From Nemertoderma westbladi (taxonomy: Eukaryota; Animalia; Xenacoelomorpha), in the NCBI GenBank assembly GCA_032718475.1, contig JAUCBJ010007614.1, positions 1 through 64,000 of the forward strand: a stretch of 64,000 nucleotides of DNA. Direction: 5' to 3'. The position numbers and the translations under genes were made by a program. This document shows positions 50,270 to 63,887 of this stretch, piece after piece. How positions within the stretch are numbered: the stretch's first letter is position 1; each line of letters opens with the position of its first letter. The notes beneath the pieces were generated by a model. That model was not told where the DNA came from and searched no databases. It worked only from the letters and a program-made list of their open reading frames with translations.

Positions 50270-51090
50270 ATCTACTGTAGTGTTGGTCGTTTTGTTAACT
50301 CCAAGAAGACAACAATTTTGACAGTTAACTTTGAGAGTCCTCAGGAAATGTCCGATGGTATGAGCATAAGCACAAAGGATGGTATTCTTGAGCATGTGGA
50401 TGACTTCTGTTATCTGGGATCATGTATCCGGAAGTCAGTCAGGTGAGGACCTTGAAATACGTAAGGGAAAGGCATGGGCAGCCTTGAATAGGCTTTCCAG
50501 GATTTGAAAGTCACACAGAATTAATCGGGAACTTAAGGTCCGATTATTTAGAGCAGCAGTAGTTCCCGTACTCCTCTATGGGAGTGCATGTTGGGCTCTA
50601 ACTGCCGAGGATACCAAATCTCTGGATGGCACATTCACAAGAATGCTACGCCGGGTTCACTGACTGTTCACATCTCCAACGAGACACTATATAACCTATG
50701 GAGGTGTCTCATTGGTTCTCTCAAGCTTGGCACTAGAACTAAGCCGCCTCCGCTTTGCACGATATTGCTTTCGCCGTGAGGCGAAACCAATGTCTGTGCA
50801 CAATCTAGTGCTTTGGCAGCACCAGGGCATGTTAGACTGGACATCTCATGACATTCTTGAGACCACTCTTAAAGGACACTAGCCATGAAGAAGCGGATAA
50901 TCTCGCGAAAGTCATGGAGATAGGGAGTTGTAGCGGTGCAACTTCGTTGATAAGCCGGCATAGCATTCTTAATGCACGCTGTATTGGGCTTAACAAATGT
51001 GGATTGCATGGCGGTGTCAAAATACTTTTGTAAGCCGGCATAACATCTCAATGTTCAGTTTCAATGCGGCTGGCCGATTATAGTGGTTGT
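50270..51090 (+). mobile_element. RTE LINE 3' fragment
   Basis: Same family as 12341-13318, in the opposite orientation. Confidence 0.9.
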
Positions 51091-52221
51091 AGTATATGCA
51101 TGAGTTCAACACCTAATGTATCCAATGGTATACATTACGTCATACCGTCGAAAATAATTTTATTTTCAAAGATTTTTTTTTACAATTTAGTACCTATTAT
51201 GTAAAGAAATGCATTTAAATATTTTTGTTTGTTGTCGAATATAATTCAGGATGGAAAGGGTTATGGTTTTCATTGTTTTTTTCAATAAAACAATAATAAA
51301 CAACTGCAACTAAAGACAACTGCTAACGGTGTTTCCTAGTTATATGTCTGTACCCTATCAGGAAACATTGCCTCCCAGATCTCTCTTCAAAGGATTCTTC
51401 CAAATCACAACATTGCGATATCGGGGAATTTCAATAACCACCACCTGCTACTACACTAGCCACTCACCACTCCACACTACAACTGTACGTATAATTTACA
51501 ACCAACTTATTAATTCATTACTGCCACCAAGGCAGGATAAAAATTCTCACATTTTCCTCCAATTCCAAAATAGTAAATTAATCGTGTAGGTTGAAATTAT
51601 GCATTAATGCTTCAAAGTAAATTATATTTTTAAAAAAGCTACTATTGTTAATTAATAAACTTGAATTTTTTACTTATACATTAGGCCCACAGTAATAAAC
51701 TTCTTTAGACTCAATCTGTTATAATTTCTCTACTAAATTCAACCTATTGATTTTACAATAAATACAAGACGAAGATTGAGGTAATTACATCATAAGGATG
51801 AAGCTTTCTTGTTTGTTTATTTGTGCTCTAGTTGCTATAGGGAATTATCCCGGGACAACAGGCGAAAACAGGAGAACACATACAAAAACTCTGCATGCGA
51901 AGGAGCTCTTACTCGCTTTTCTAGCTATACAATGTGACTGTGAGATGTGTTATACATTTTAATTTATTGTTTTGGTTAGATGCCTCTATTTTGGAGTTGG
52001 CCCATGTGGAGTATACCAAACGTTCTGATGATATATTTCACTTTGCAGTTGACATTCATTCCTATGAAGAATACCATGTTTTCACTAAAAACCCAGGTTA
52101 CATACAGTGGGGTTGAATATTTACAAAACAATAAACGAATTAGTATCTGTACAGCTTATAAGAAACAAATAAGCGCTATAAAACACTTAAAATTGAGAAA
52201 TTAAAAAAAATACAAATTCTT

Positions 52222-53270
52222 CATACTACTACTAGGTCGAGCGAACTCCGACAGTGGAAATGAGATCCTTCCAGGCTTCCCGATTCTCCAATGTTGTTGT
52301 AATTTCGTTTCTCTCAAGTCTTTCAAGCTGGTCTATATATGTTATAGCCGGTTGTCCACGGGTACGCCTTCCATGTGTTGGTTGCCAGAAAAGTAGATCT
52401 GGTATTGTAACATAGAGCTCGGCGTTTGTCATGTGGGTTGTCTCCAGCTGATGTTTAGGGCTGAGCTCGTAGTAGTCTTGTGTATCAACCGTGGAACCGT
52501 CTGTTTCGTCAGTGTCCAGGTCTCACCCCCATATAAAAATAAACTGTCCACTGTCCAAAGAACTTAGTCTTCAGGTGCATGGAGTGATCTGATTTCCAGA
52601 TGGTTTCCATTTTTGTAGAGCTACCCAAGCCTTTGCTTTCCTAACTTCTATGTCCTTTTTGCTACTCTCTGTCCATGATCCAAGGTACTGGAAGTCGTCA
52701 ACCTTCCTTAGTTGATTATTATCAATTGTTGTCTAGTATTATATTAATAATTGCATATAAATGCTACCCCCTACCAATGGCATTTATATGCAATCCAACC
52801 TCCTTAGCAACCCTCTCCACTTTATTTAGTAGAAGCTGTGCATCTGCTAGCGTATTAGAAAGCAGGGAGATGTCATCCGCAAAGTCGGTGTCTGTGACTG
52901 TAGTTGCCGGATATCTACTACTTCTGCGTTCTTGTAGTGTGAATCCCAGATTTTCACCCTTTGTGGCCAGTCCTCATTGCGTAATCCAGTACACTTACAA
53001 ATAGTAATGGCGCCAATGTGTCACCTTGCAGTACACCAGCCAGGATTGAGAAGAACTCAGTTTCACCATCTGGTGAGAGTACCTGAGCGTGTCATGCGAG
53101 AGTGTCATAATATAATAATCCAATGCCAGCCACACTTACCACCTCTGGTATTCCATAAGCTATTATGATTTCTAGCATTTCACCTCTATGGATGGATTCG
53201 AATGCTTTCTTGAAGTGAACAATAGTAAGGACTGCGGGGGGATTCTTTGACTTAATTCCCTCAATCAATC
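52222..53270 (-). mobile_element. Second RTE-clade family, degenerate RT and 3' end
   Basis: FKKAFESIHR, TDTDFADDISLL, YLGSW and LLFWQPTHGRRTRGQP, with a (TAG)n tail. Confidence 0.85.
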
Positions 53271-53989
53271 AATTCTTCATATAAAATTTCAATTAATTTT
53301 CGACGGAAAAGTAAAAACCTGGTATTCGTCCTGGATGCGTCTACTTTAGTACAGTATATACCATATAAGAGTCAATGCCGTGATGTCGATGACCTCATCA
53401 ATTCATTGTTCATGTGATTTCATCAGTGTCCACATTTCAACCCCAGTAAAAAGTACATTTTTCATTGTCGCTAGAAAGAACTTGGTCTTCTGGTGATGAT
53501 GGGAGAGGTCTAATTTCCAGATAGTATATATTTCTAATATTGCGTGTAATATATGTTAAATCTAGCGCAAGATAATGTCAGAATCAGTCATATTCTGAGA
53601 GGATAAGCTACAGAATGTATACATTATTTATCTGACCCATACCTCTAAACAATCAGCACACACCTGCACCTCCTGACATATCATATCATATCATATTTAT
53701 ATATATTTAATTCGGACAGAGCCGACAAATGGATAGTAGATATTAAATAAAACAGTTAATGAAAATAGCCAGTTAGAATTCCCCAAATATAGACATTAAA
53801 ACATGCACAGCAAGGTTAAAATGATGTCAGGCTAAAATACGACACAAAGAACTATTTACAGATGTTATGTGATGGATAAATAGAGATAAAGGCAAGGTTA
53901 AAATTAGATCAGGCTAAAACTAGATGTTAAGTGATGGAAGAGTCAGGTAAGGAAGGCGTAAATCAGGTAAGCAAGTAGATTGTATGAGA

Positions 53990-54200
53990 TGCAGGAAGTC
54001 AGATTCAGAGTCCCGTTTAAATTCTGAAGTAACTTCAAATTCTTTCCCATTTGATACAATCCACATAAATTTAAGAGAAAATACGAAGCCTGCCTTCACC
54101 AAGGCCTCAAGTGGATCTGATGTTTATATTAGGAAGAAAATCGGTGAGCACAGGGATCCCTGTTTCACACCTTTGCAACTTATAGTTTCATCTATCCTTT
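53990..54200 (-). mobile_element. Small non-LTR RT fragment
   Basis: KGVKQGSLCSPIFF motif at about 54130-54178. Confidence 0.5.
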
Positions 54201-54209
54201 TTCATCTAT

Positions 54210-55810
54210 CCTTCAGGTCAGGTCAGGTATTCTAGGTCATTGATCAAGAAAACTTGCCACCTCCATGCAGCATAAAGGAGGGGCCACCTGTAGCTGCATA
54301 GACCCTCTTACTAGGGCAAATCTGGTCCTGTAACTACGACCCCCTTCGTTCTGGGATAAGGACGCCCTTGGTCCTGGATTAAGGACCCATATACTTGGCT
54401 GCAGGGGTATATGGCCTGGCCAGGCAGATGGTGATCTACCAATGACTGGTCAGGAATGTTCTCATGTCTACTCTGAGTGCACTTCACTGCGACCTGCACC
54501 TGGCAGCAGGGGTACAGGGCATGACCCAGCAGATGAGCTGCACAGCCAATGGTGGGTCATGTGCGCGAGAGTAGATATGGGTGATGGGCCTCATATGGAA
54601 TGGCAAACCAGGGTGTGGTATTTGCCCCGAGAGCTGACTCGGCAAAAAAGCACCCCCCAACCCCCACTATGGATTACATTAGTAATGCGGAGGTCCAGCC
54701 ACTAGAGGCCAGTGGAATGACTGGATACAATCGGCCTCACAGGCGTCAGTTATCTCCTGACCGGCTGCCTGTCTCACCCCCTACTGGAGAGAGAGCGGCA
54801 AACAATTCTTTGAGTCCCTTTCCTGATGACCTTTCTGGCCCAAACCCTGGGTCACCAGGGAGGCCAGATTGTGAGGGGGAGAGGGATTCTGGAGTTGTAG
54901 GCTACTCTCATGTTCCACCCCGACCAACAAAGCCATTGGTGAATCTGAGGCAAGTCACTAGACTAGCCTCAGTAAACACCCTAACACTCGGGTCCCCAAT
55001 GCGACAAGGTGAGCTGACTGCCTTGGCAGATAAGCTTTCTCTTAGTGCAGTGGGTGTTCAAGAGCACCGAATGCAGACTGGACAGACTGATGAGGTTCTG
55101 ATTAAGGACATGGGGGAGGTTGGCGACTCGCCCTCGCTTCAGCAGATGATAGTGGCAATGGTGGAATTGGTCTATTGATGAATCCAACTGCACATGCAGC
55201 ATTGGACAAAATAGACCAAATCTCTAACCGCATCATCCGTTGCCACTTCTCATGTTCTGGAAGACTGGCTAAGAAGTTTCCTAAGGTGGTTCTGATTGTG
55301 TGCTACTCTCCAACTAGTGTTGCCCCTGTAGAGGAGGTGGAAAATTTCTACCAGAATCTACAAGTAGCTACTGATGGAGTGGATCAGCATGCATTCCTAA
55401 CATTCCTGGGAGACTTTAATGCAAGTCTGCATCAATCACCTACATCGCCCTGGGTCTATAGCAATAGTGTTAACCGAAATTCCGTCCATCTTCAGGATTT
55501 TATCTCTGGAAATGGATTGTTTTCGGCTGGAACCCAGTTCAAGAATCGAACTGGAAAGCTATGGACTCATAGTGGACCCAGTGGTCACAAGTCCCAGATA
55601 GACCATATTCTGTTTCGTAGGAAATACAGGAGCTCTATACAAGACTGTAATGCATTTACACTACGACCCTTCTCCAGTGATCACCGCCTTATTGTGGCCA
55701 AGGTAAGACTTAGTCTGCGTGCTAGCAGAACAGCGAAATCTGCCTTGGCGCGGCATGACTGGTCCTCTCTGTTGCAACAGCCAAGTGTGAGATCCAGCTT
55801 CACACTATAG
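54210..55810 (+). mobile_element. RTE LINE 5' part (5' UTR and APE endonuclease)
   Basis: LASVNTLTL, VGVQEHR, CYSPT, LGDFNA, QIDHIL and SDH, with a frameshift near 55120. The end overlaps the family fragment at 4380-4560. Confidence 0.92.
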
Positions 55811-56155
55811 CTGATGTTGGTGTTGGTGTTGTTGATGTTGGTTATACCAGATCAGTGCTATCACCTCAGTTCATGACCTTGTACTAGAGCAAACTACTGG
55901 TTTGAACAGACTTGGTGGACATAACATTCATACTTCAGTAAATTATTCCAATTTGCATTCTGACATAGCTTAGCAACATCTGCATTGACAGTTGCTGACA
56001 TCCATGTTCTCTAACCAATCTGGTAGCAGCTCACATAAAAGGTAGCTTATATACCTTGAAATACTACCTGATCTGTAACAGTAACTTTTGCAGTTATAGA
56101 CAAAGTTTATATGTTTTATCATTAAGTTTTTTTTATTCACTGTCAAGTTTTCTCT

Positions 56156-57331
56156 TTGCATCACGGGTATGTTTTTTTCCTGTTTTCGCCTGTTATTTAC
56201 ACTATAACTACACATTCTGTAGGAGGTCGCATTTCAGGTGAAGGAAATAGCAATTTAAAATCACTTATTGAGGGTGATAATGGCTATAATGCGTTGATAA
56301 GACCACTTTCTGGTTCAAAACAACCAGTTAATGTTGGTGTAAATCTAGGCATAACACACTTTGGAGAAGTTGACACCACCACAATGACATATTGGGTTTC
56401 ATTCCATCTGCGGCAGATATGGAGTGATCCCCGTCTATCATGGAATGAATCCCAGTTAAACAAATCCCATTCCTTTAGTCCGAAACTCGCAGCTTCTATA
56501 TGGATGCCTATCTTATATATAAAAAATGCCTTCCGGCGGCATTCTTTCCTTAATCCAGCCACAAATGACAATATTATGATCACAATATCACCAAACGGCG
56601 ACATAATTATGGCCATCATGGTGGACACCGCAGTAAGATGCGTCTTTGATCTTACTTTCTACCCATTCGACACCCATAAATGCAAATTAATACTTGAAAG
56701 TTATTCCTACAGTGAAGAAGATGTGAAATTCAATTTCCAAGCAGGAAAAGACAAAACAGATGTTGGGGTCATTGTTCAATCTGAAGCGAAAATAAGCTCA
56801 AATCAATACAAACTAATTACCACCTCTGATTTAGTGGTTTACAATGCGATTACAACCTACTATGTTAATGGAACTTCCAAAAACTACTCCAAACTTGTGG
56901 TTGAGATTAAACTTGAACGATTATTTAGTAATGAGATTCTTACCATATACATTCCATTGAATGCTATTGTCATCTTATCATATCTTACATTTTGGGTGGA
57001 TCATAAGGCTATAGCTGCCCGATGCTCTTTTGGAGTCAGTATTACTTTAACATTGATGGTATTGATTGCAAACACATCCCAAAGTATTCCTAAAGTTCCT
57101 TACATCCGCTCTATTGATATTGTTTTTACCATCGCTATTGTATTTGTTATGTCTGCGTTGCTTGAATTTGCTATAGTGGTGAATTTAGAGAAACGTTTCT
57201 GTAAACATCGAAAACAAGGTGAACGATTGAGAAAGAAGAATCCGGCAAAAATTGTTGAATATTCTACTCGCATTATTTACCCCATTGCTTATGTTGTCAC
57301 TATGATTTGGTATTTTTTCGTTTGGTGCTGA
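56156..57331 (+). CDS. Cys-loop (pentameric) ligand-gated ion channel subunit, GABA-A/glycine receptor-like, intronless over the mature protein; true start uncertain
   Basis: GYNALIRP, LRQIWSDPRLSW, IWMPILYIKN, Cys-loop CVFDLTFYPFDTHKC, LESYSYS, M1 IYIP..LSYLTFWV, M2 AARCSFG, M2-M3 PKVPYIRSID, M3 SALLEFAIV and M4 RIIYPIAY. Confidence 0.95.
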   Translation: MHHGYVFFLFSPVIYTITTHSVGGRISGEGNSNLKSLIEGDNGYNALIRPLSGSKQPVNVGVNLGITHFGEVDTTTMTYWVSFHLRQIWSDPRLSWNESQLNKSHSFSPKLAASIWMPILYIKNAFRRHSFLNPATNDNIMITISPNGDIIMAIMVDTAVRCVFDLTFYPFDTHKCKLILESYSYSEEDVKFNFQAGKDKTDVGVIVQSEAKISSNQYKLITTSDLVVYNAITTYYVNGTSKNYSKLVVEIKLERLFSNEILTIYIPLNAIVILSYLTFWVDHKAIAARCSFGVSITLTLMVLIANTSQSIPKVPYIRSIDIVFTIAIVFVMSALLEFAIVVNLEKRFCKHRKQGERLRKKNPAKIVEYSTRIIYPIAYVVTMIWYFFVWC

Positions 57332-57960
57332 AATTGACTTCAACGCTTATACTACGCCATCCAGTTGGAATTGATTTTTGCATTGTGGAAGTGGTCTTTA
57401 CTCGATAAGGTACTGCGTACTTTAATACTGATTGTATCAATGTTAAATAATAATTTAGCCTGAGACATTAACAGTGCAAGCATTTTTTTTGCATCTTACT
57501 TATTCTACTGTAGTTCACATCAACAACAACCCCAACCCAAAGTCCCACATCCCAAATCCAGTGATTCAAACAAAACGTATTTTTCTGTAATCACGATAAT
57601 ATCTTTAATGATTAAAACTGAACTACTGTACAATCTTCCATTAAAATAAAAAAATTATTCACTAAAAACTTAATTGTAAAACCCACCCCTATCCTTTGGA
57701 ATGATATATACTATGAGTAATTTCCATTTATTACTGGCGCTGTTTGTATAAATATAAGATGGAAATTTATTCTCATTTGAATTCTGTACAGCAGTTTGCG
57801 GGAACCCTAATGTAGGAGCATTTGTAAAGAGATATATTTTTTAGAATTATGTTATCAATATAGAATCATTTTGTTCAAATCAAAAAGGAAGCAACCATAA
57901 GCAGACCGATTCCATGATAGGTTGTCGGTAGATGGAGGTCTCTTTTTGGGGAGAATATTT

Positions 57961-58576
57961 GGCTAGAGTTCCGTACGTCCCCCCATTTTTAAAATGACTT
58001 GAATTGCCTTGAAATGACTTGTATTGTCATTTAATATTATGGAATATATTTTTTCTACCTATAATATATACTATATATACAATATATATATATATATTAT
58101 ATATATTATATAGTATATATAGATAGTATATATATATATATTATTTTTAAAATGACTTGAATTGCCTTGAAATGACTTGTATTGTCATTTAATATTATGG
58201 AATATATTTTTTCTACCTATAATATATACTATATATACAATATATATATATATATTATATATATTATATAGTATATATAGATAGTATATATATATATATT
58301 ATTTTTAAAATGACTTGAATTGCCTTGAAATGACTTGTATTGTCATTTAATATTATGGAATATATTTTTTCTACCTATAATATATACTATATATACAATA
58401 TATATATATATATTATATATATTATATAGTATATATAGATAGTATATATATATACTATATATATACTATCTATATATACTATATACTAATATTTGATTAG
58501 TGTCGCTCAAGAAAAAATGGTGTTATGGTATAGTAAAAAAATCTCGCAAAATGGGGGGACGTACGGAACTGTTCCC
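57961..58576. mobile_element. Merlin-like MITE with 8-bp TSD and an internal 3 x 158-bp repeat
   Basis: GG...CC termini, TIR core AGTTCCGTACGTCCCCCCATTTT, TSD GAATATTT (57953-57960 and 58577-58584). Superfamily is inferred from termini and TSD only. Confidence 0.8.
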
Positions 58577-59806
58577 GAATATTTAGTTGACATTTATTCG
58601 AAATTGATGGCTTTGCGGCTTTGTACATCCAGTTGAAAATATCAATTAATAATAAGTTCAGCGGTCCTTGGCTTCCCACACTTTGTTATTTCCCAACATC
58701 TTTTTCAGGACAATCTTCTTTTATGAACCCTTTGGAACATTTTTTCCGTCCATATATACTGTATTTACCTCATTTACAGTGTGCCAGGTAATATTCTTGA
58801 CTGTTGCTGCATGTGAGCAGCTGTAATTGCTTCCGTTTTTAATAACCAGTATGTACTTATCCCGAGGGTAGGTGGAATTTGTGACAACACCCACAAACTG
58901 TGGCAACACTGGCCACTAACAATGTGAATAGTAGTAGATCGCAGTCTACAGTAAAATCAATCCCACCAAGTTTCGGGTTTGCATTATCGCAAGAAAGTCG
59001 CAAGAAAAACAGTCAACATCTGGGGACATCTCTCGAATATCTGGATAATAATTTGCAACTCCAACAAAGAACCAACTACAAACTATATAAAGTGTGCGAC
59101 AATGCATCATTAAAGTACAATAACCTCATCAGTAGGTTACTGATGAAATTGGAGAATCTTAATTATTTTTTATGATTTCACTTTAGATGGGTGAATTCAT
59201 TAGGGCAACGATTTTGAACATTCTTCGGCGAAGATCGCAAAATTTCGCAAACGTCGCGATTTTTTCTAAGATTGTCCACCTACAATATAGTATTCGTAAA
59301 CACAAAAAGTTTTGCGACCATCGCGACGTTTGCGAAGTTAAATTTTGTGTTTACCAATACTATAGGTGGAGCTTCGCAAACGTCGCGATCTTCGCGAATG
59401 TTCTAGACGATTTTTAAAAAGTAAGAAAATCTATAACTAAAAATAAATTTTATAAAATTTTTCTAGAACAAAATATATTATTAGTCATGGTATCTATCAG
59501 CTTAGGCGATACATTTAATTTTCGGAGGAAAGGGGAAGAAGAAAGGAAAGAGAGGAAGATCGAAGGGGTGTGGGAAGAAAGGAGTGGGAACGTCGATATC
59601 TAATCAATTCGATGTTGCAGCTGGATGGAAGAAGTTGATGAGAGGAAAATAAACAGTTGGAATGTCATTACAGTACTTTAGGCTAATATGATTGTTTATC
59701 TTGTCTGTAAATTCAAATATAATTTTTATTATTAGTTCTATAGTATATATTAGTATGATATTAGTATGACAGTATTAGTATTGTTCACAGAAGTTATATA
59801 TATATA

Positions 59807-61114
59807 CACCATGTCCCGTAATATAGTGTCATTTTCTGATGACACGGACCCCCCCCCAGATTTTTCTACAAATCTTTATCGTATTGCTTGAAATTTGAAA
59901 CACCACAAGTTCCAGTCACCGTCGATGACCCCATGAAGCCTGAATTTTCGATTTTGCCTTTAAAATTTTTTATAAGCGTATTAAAAAAGTGTCTTTTGCG
60001 AAATCGCACCATCCGTATCATTGCCATTCTTCACATTACTCGTAATTTTTTCATATCATTAAAAAGCTTGCCTTGCAACGATTCGAAATATGTAACAATA
60101 TCTGAATTTCGTTTGGAAACAACCGATATATAGGTGTTCAAAGATTGCAAGAAGTATTGTTCACTGCAGGCCATTTATTCTATTTAATAAATACACGATG
60201 TTCTGGAACAATTTGTTTAAGTATGAATAGCTACGCAATAGATATAGTGGATAGGATTACCGCTGTTGCCAACCAACTCATAAAATAAATAACACGTTCT
60301 TATGGTGGCACTGAAGGGCCAACAAATACATTTTTTTTGTCTGAAACAAGTCGTGCGCACGACTTGTTACATCAGAAACAACTCGTGCGCACGACTTGTT
60401 ACATTAGAAACAACTCGTGCGCACGACTTGTTTCATCAGAAACAACTCGTGCGCACGACTTGTTTTAGCAAAACAAGTCTTGCGCACGAGTTCTTTCTAA
60501 AGTAACAAGTCGTGTGCACGACTTGTTTCTGAAGTAACAAGTCGTGCGCACGAGTTGTTTCTGAAGGAACAAGTCGTGCGCAGGAGTTGTTTTAGCAAAA
60601 CAAGTCGTGCGCACGAGTTGTTACTGATGTAACAAGTCGTGCGCACGACTTGTTTTAGCAAAAAAAAAAATTAGTTGTTGTTCCTTCAGTGCCACCAAAC
60701 GTTCTAGAATTTTGTATTTTTATTTAATAGAATAAATGGCCTGCAGCGAACGATAATTCTTGCAATCTTTGAACGCCTATATCTCAGCTGTTTCTCAACG
60801 AAATTCAGATATTGTTACATATTTGGAATCCTTGCAAGGCAAGCTTTTTAATGATATGAAAAATTACGACTAATGTAAAGAATGTCCACGATACGGAGGG
60901 TGCGATATCGCAAAAGACAGTTTTTTAATACGCTTATAAATAAAATTTAAAGGCAAAATCGAAAATTCCTGCTTCATGGGGTCATCGACGGTGAGTGGAA
61001 CTAGTGGTGTTTCAAATTTCAAGCAATATGATAAAGATTTGTAGAAAAATCTGGGGGGGGGGGGGGGGGGGGTCCGTGTCATCAGAAAATGACACTATAT
61101 TACGGGTCATGGTG
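59807..61114. mobile_element. Tc1/mariner-like MITE with ~390-bp TIRs and TA TSD
   Basis: TA|CACCATGTCCCGTAATATAGTGTC ... GACACTATATTACGGGTCATGGTG|TA. Confidence 0.88.
60301..60699. mobile_element. Nested IS3EU-like MITE with palindromic ~30-bp repeats
   Basis: TATGGTGGCACTGAAGG ... CCTTCAGTGCCACCAAA, 6-bp TSD CGTTCT, about 10 copies of AACAAGTCGTGCGCACGACTTGTT. Confidence 0.8.
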
Positions 61115-62183
61115 TACTATAGTATCATCATGTAGGCATCGCATTGAAGTTATATATATATATATATATAAGCTTTCCCACTATTAGGGCCACCTTTTAA
61201 AGGTCCAATGGCCCTTAAATGGCCTTGGGCTTGGAGCAATGCCCTAATCCTACTACGATGGCCCAAAAGGTACACGTCCTCTTAGGGCAAATATGGCCCA
61301 CCTAGAACAAAATGACCCAATCTAGGCATAATGGCTCAAAATAAACAATTACAAGGAAATTGCGTTTAGTTCTTATGAATTTAACTTGCACCCCTGGCGG
61401 TAAACAATAGTATTTATTATCAATTTAATTCTACAGCCAAAAATGCCTTTGCAGATATTTTAAAAAATATATATATCTACAATAACGCATACAATTCACT
61501 TTTGTGTAATTTCTGATTATGAGTTGTACAATAAGTAGTTTTTAGACGATTTTAAGTCTTTCGTTATAGATAATTATTATCACTTATGACCGACAGTCAA
61601 ACACGCGGATGTGATTTCTCGAGTTAATGGCGCAAAGTGACCGGAAACACAAAATATGTGTTTTTTAGATGATTTAAAAAATTAATTTATTTAAATTTCA
61701 AATATTAGTGGCGGTGTTTTCTACCCAAAACAATAAACAATACCTTTTCACTAATGGTCAATTGGCGCCACTATTTGGATGTCTCAGCTGTTTGAAGATC
61801 GAAACTTGTGCAAACAAAATATGTTAAATTGTAAATAACTATACTGTAAATAACAACAGGTTTTAATAAATTCTCACTGACAAGTGATTAAAATTTGTGT
61901 TTTTTAAGAAATAATGTATGACCGTTCGGTACCTCTAGGAAGGTTAACTTATCACTATTTCGCGTACTATACACTTCATTATTAACATTTTGTCATTGGT
62001 GGGGGATTAGTTTATAGACTAGCCTTACGACCCGTACGAATTCCATCCCCCACCAGTAATTCATATATTGGAGACATAATGTAGACGTTTTGCCTCTTAC
62101 CCTAATGTAACAATTATCTATAGGCCTATTAAATATAATGTGAATTTTATCCCGTATTAATTAAATCTAATAACTATTTACAG

Positions 62184-62908
62184 TACATCATTGTGTGCAA
62201 AGTAGCACTTTGCAGCGTTATGACCCGAGTTTATTTATGTACCGAGCGAGCGCAGCGAGGGAGGTTTACATCAATAAACAAGGGTCTTTAACGCTGAAAA
62301 GTGACCTTTGCAAGCAATGATGTATGTAATTTTGTTACATTATGTCAACTTATCAGCGTTCGGTTTGTGAAGAAAGGATTTTATGGTTGCTCATTTATAC
62401 ATTTTAATCATGTACTATATCGAATATAAGTGAAATTTATTAACAGGTACACTGGTACACAGTATTAATTATACATTTAAATCTAATTAAAGTTTATTGG
62501 AAGTTATCTCCTGCTTGGATGTGATAAATCATTAATCCATCTTGACTATAGTCGACTGAAGCAAACTTATTCACCGTCTGTGTCCGTTCAGTTTTACTGA
62601 ACACTGAACACTTTCTTTGGTTAATTTAGTGTCTTCTATTGGACGTTTCGCCATAATAGATTACAGTACATGTTAAACAATTATTTACATCCAGTAGCTA
62701 GTCCCGTCACTGCAAATTGGATAATAAAGCTGCAGTCATTAACATAAATGGAAATAATACATTCTGGAATACGGTAATTGAAGTTGTATCCATGTCATTG
62801 ATTACTTTGCAACGTTCCGTCCTATAGGCCGCAACGCTGCAAAGTAGTACTTTGCAGCGTTATGAGTAATTCACCAGAACGCTGTTAAGTTGACATAATG
62901 TAACAAAA
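62184..62908. mobile_element. Non-autonomous element made of nested palindromes
   Basis: Imperfect hairpin 62184-62324 centred on CGAGCGAGCGCAGCGAG. Inverted pair 62331-62361 / 62877-62908. TGCAAAGTAG(T/C)ACTTTGCAGCGTTATGA occurs at 62196 and 62838. Confidence 0.6.
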
Positions 62909-63887
62909 CATGTAACAAACATTTTATTTTTTTTATTTTTAGATAATCTAAATAATATTTGTCATTTGGGTGGCTCCAAGGGGACATTGTGTTGTAAGAA
63001 CCATTATATTTTTTAGTGGCCCTTTATGAACAGTGACTAATTAAGGCCATTTCGAACTTTTGGCTCAAATGGAACATGGTCTTGCATGGGCCATTGCCTT
63101 TTCAAAGGCGTTTGATACAAATTGGCTAATATCGGGCCACATTATAGTTGAGTGGCTCCAAGCGACACTATCCAATATGGGCCATTTCAGATTTGAATGG
63201 CTTTAAGGGAAAATTGCCTAATATATATGAAATATATTTCATATTTAAGTGGCTCTAATGGACAATGTCTTGCAAGAGCCATTTCATTTTTTGGTGGCCC
63301 TTTATGAACAGTGTCCAATAGAGGTCATTTTGAATTTTAGTGGCTCCAATGGAATATTGTATTGCATGGGACAATCCTTTTTAAAGGTTTTTATAAATAT
63401 ATTCAACTTAAATTAAACAGTATTAGATAAAGCGGTTTTTTTGTGAGAGACATCCAGAAGTCCAATTTTTTCTTTTGAAAAATAGCTTTTATCATGAGGT
63501 TTTTATTCTAGAACATTTAACATTTTGACAGTAAGATTGTAGCTAGAAATTTTGAAAAACAACAATAAAACAACAAATAATAAACAACAACAATAAAAAT
63601 TTAAAATTAAAAAAAAAATTTCTTGTTGAAATTACTTTAATCATTGCTTTTATTATTTATTAGCTACCATAAATTTTACTAGATATCATGATAATTTAAT
63701 TGAAAAATTTCAAAAATTTTAAGACCGCGTTTACACTACCGAGTCAAAGTCAAGATCAAATTCAAAAGTAAATAAATATAGCTAGCTAGCAATAATAAAT
63801 AATAATACATTATATAGGCCTAATATAATACATAAGTGCATTCTAGAAAAAATTAATTTCATGTGATATGTTTTACATTTTGTCTTT

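Noticed and set aside
54250-54560. HDV-like ribozyme in the RTE 5' UTR
   Set aside because: Known for some RTEs, but I could not build a convincing nested double pseudoknot by eye.
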